A stretch of DNA of 64,000 bases. Source: a bacterium (GTDB lineage: Bacteria > SAR324 > NAC60-12). Below the pieces are notes generated by a model. The model did no database searches. It worked only from the letters and a program-made list of their open reading frames with translations, and was not told where the DNA came from. The position numbers and the translations under genes were made by a program. The stretch lies in the NCBI GenBank assembly GCA_965205865.1, contig CBDBHR010000030.1:1248001-1312000 (forward strand), given 5' to 3'. This document shows positions 62,570 through 64,000 of this stretch, piece by piece; position 1 is the first letter of the stretch; each line of letters starts with the position of its first letter.

Positions 62570-62785
62570 ACCTGAGTTCGACATAAATCTTCAATAATAT
62601 GAGTATTCTAGTGTATATGTCATCCTCGCGAAACTTGTCCCCGCGAAAGCGGGGAGCGGGGATCCGGATTTCAGTCTGGCTGCATACCTCCGGATTCCTG
62701 CTTTCGCAGGAATGATAAGGTTTCTCTAAGATATGAAGATTCCATAACATATTGAATTTATTAAATTCTTATCTCGAACTCAGGT
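62570..62785. mobile_element. 216-bp MITE copy 3
   Basis: Same TIRs; duplication TATTTA; empty homologous site at 57580-57597. Confidence 0.95.
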
Positions 62786-62793
62786 TATTTAAC

Positions 62794-63001
62794 TAGTACT
62801 TGGCCGAAAATTAGATAACTACATGATATTTAATGGTATTCACCTATTTTCAAGAAACGAAGATTTTGGGAAACTCATCAAAAATTCCATTTTTTGTTGA
62901 TTTTTGCCATCTGAACACTGTATCAAACAAATCTTCATCCCGTGAAATTGAAGAAATATCATTTAATATCAGCAATTTGAGTATTTTTCTGCCAAGCACT
63001 A
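62794..63001. mobile_element. 208-bp MITE related to the end of the 57594-59731 IS
   Basis: tagtacttggccgaaaa...tttttctgccaagcacta; ~62819-63001 matches ~59549-59731. Confidence 0.85.
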
Positions 63002-63034
63002 ATTAGTAATTTATTTGACCGACCCGTCGCTCCT

Positions 63035-64000
63035 TACGCACGCGGCACGGGTTCACGGGAGCTGGTGTTCTCCTACACGATGGCGGATGCCGATAGCTCG
63101 CCTGCGGGGATAGAAGCAGTAGGCAACAGCCTGCTACTCAAGGGCGGCAGCATCCAGAGTGTGGTGACCGGGCCGGATGCCGTTGTGCTGTTTACAGAGA
63201 GAGAAATCCCGACCGGCAGCGCTCTGCAGACGATCCAGCAGTCGGAGGACTCGGCCGCTCCGTTCAGCGCGCGCGTGGAATCGCTCCCGGCGGGGAAAGA
63301 CGGCACGACGCCGTTCTGCTTTGAGCTGCACTTCAGCGAGGAGCCCGGAGATCTGAGCTACAGGACGGTCGGCAGCGATCTGCTATCGGTCACCGGCGCG
63401 CGGCGGCTCGATCCCCCGAGCAACCGTGGTTGGGAGGTGCGCGCCAAGCCGACGCATAGCGGCGACATCACCATCGTGCTCCCCATTCGCGCGTGCGACG
63501 ATGCGAACGCGGTCTGCACGGCCAACGGCCGGCCGCTGCCGCAGAGCGTGGCCACGCTGGTGCCGGGGAAGCCGTTCACAGCGTATTTTGCTCAGGCGCC
63601 GGACGAGTACGACGGGGAGACGCCGATCGAGGTCGAGTTCCGTCTCAACCTGGAGCCGGACGGGCTGAGCTACAAGACTGTGCGGGACGCGCTGTTCGAG
63701 GTGACGGGCGGCAACATCGCGGGCGCCGGCCGTTTGGAGAAGGGCGGCGACCGGGGATGGGGGTTGCGGGCGCCGCCGCCGGGCCTCAGCGACGTCACGC
63801 TGGCGGTGAAAGCGACGACGTCGTGCGACAACTCGCCCGAGGTGTGCGTTCCCGACAGGCGGATGCTCGCGGGGGTCCTGCGGACGATCATCGCGGGTCC
63901 GGCGGAGCTCTCGGTGGCGGACACGTAGGCCGAGGAAGGTCCGGAGGCGACGCTCGAGTTCGTGGCGAGCTTGAGCAGGCAGCGCCTCGCCACGACGACG
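63035..64000 (+). pseudogene. fragment of a large GC-rich surface protein (repeated Ig-like modules plus Calx-beta start)
   Basis: Two similar modules (P..DG.TP..........LSY.TV.......VTG), then LSVADT*AEEG...LEF..SLS with in-frame TAG at 63926-63928; 5' end cut next to the MITE. Confidence 0.7.

Noticed and set aside
62051-62750. Short ORFs in the repeat and MITE blocks
   Set aside because: They overlap dispersed non-coding repeats and have no recognisable motifs.

Overview
Bacterial window with an intact housekeeping backbone at roughly mid GC: ccr, chaC, hslO, alkD-like, a CNNM protein, a seven-gene MoxR/VWA operon, aroA, a cobalamin riboswitch with a Btu-like ABC transporter, RNase D and a nucleoside hydrolase. 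This backbone is interleaved with eroded accessory DNA. There are four paralogous Dpp/Opp-type ABC clusters, none with an ATPase and three partly pseudogenised. A low-GC island at 38.3-44.8 kb holds a signal-peptide PD-(D/E)XK nuclease paired with a glycine-zipper protein, a DUF4238 gene and an IS256-split HEPN-motif gene. Also present are IS256, IS1380, IS5/ISNCY-like, IS1634, IS5 and Y1 transposase genes or remnants, toxin-antitoxin remnants and several MITE/REP families. The most striking structure is a small GIY-YIG nuclease gene bracketed by a perfect 29-bp inverted pair of GTCAT-tagged hairpins. Gene-less doublets of the same hairpin recur across the window, including as cargo of a 3-copy MITE with target-site duplications and an empty site. 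No rRNA, tRNA or CRISPR array was seen. All family calls come from motif recognition by eye, GC statements are visual estimates, and no database search was run.
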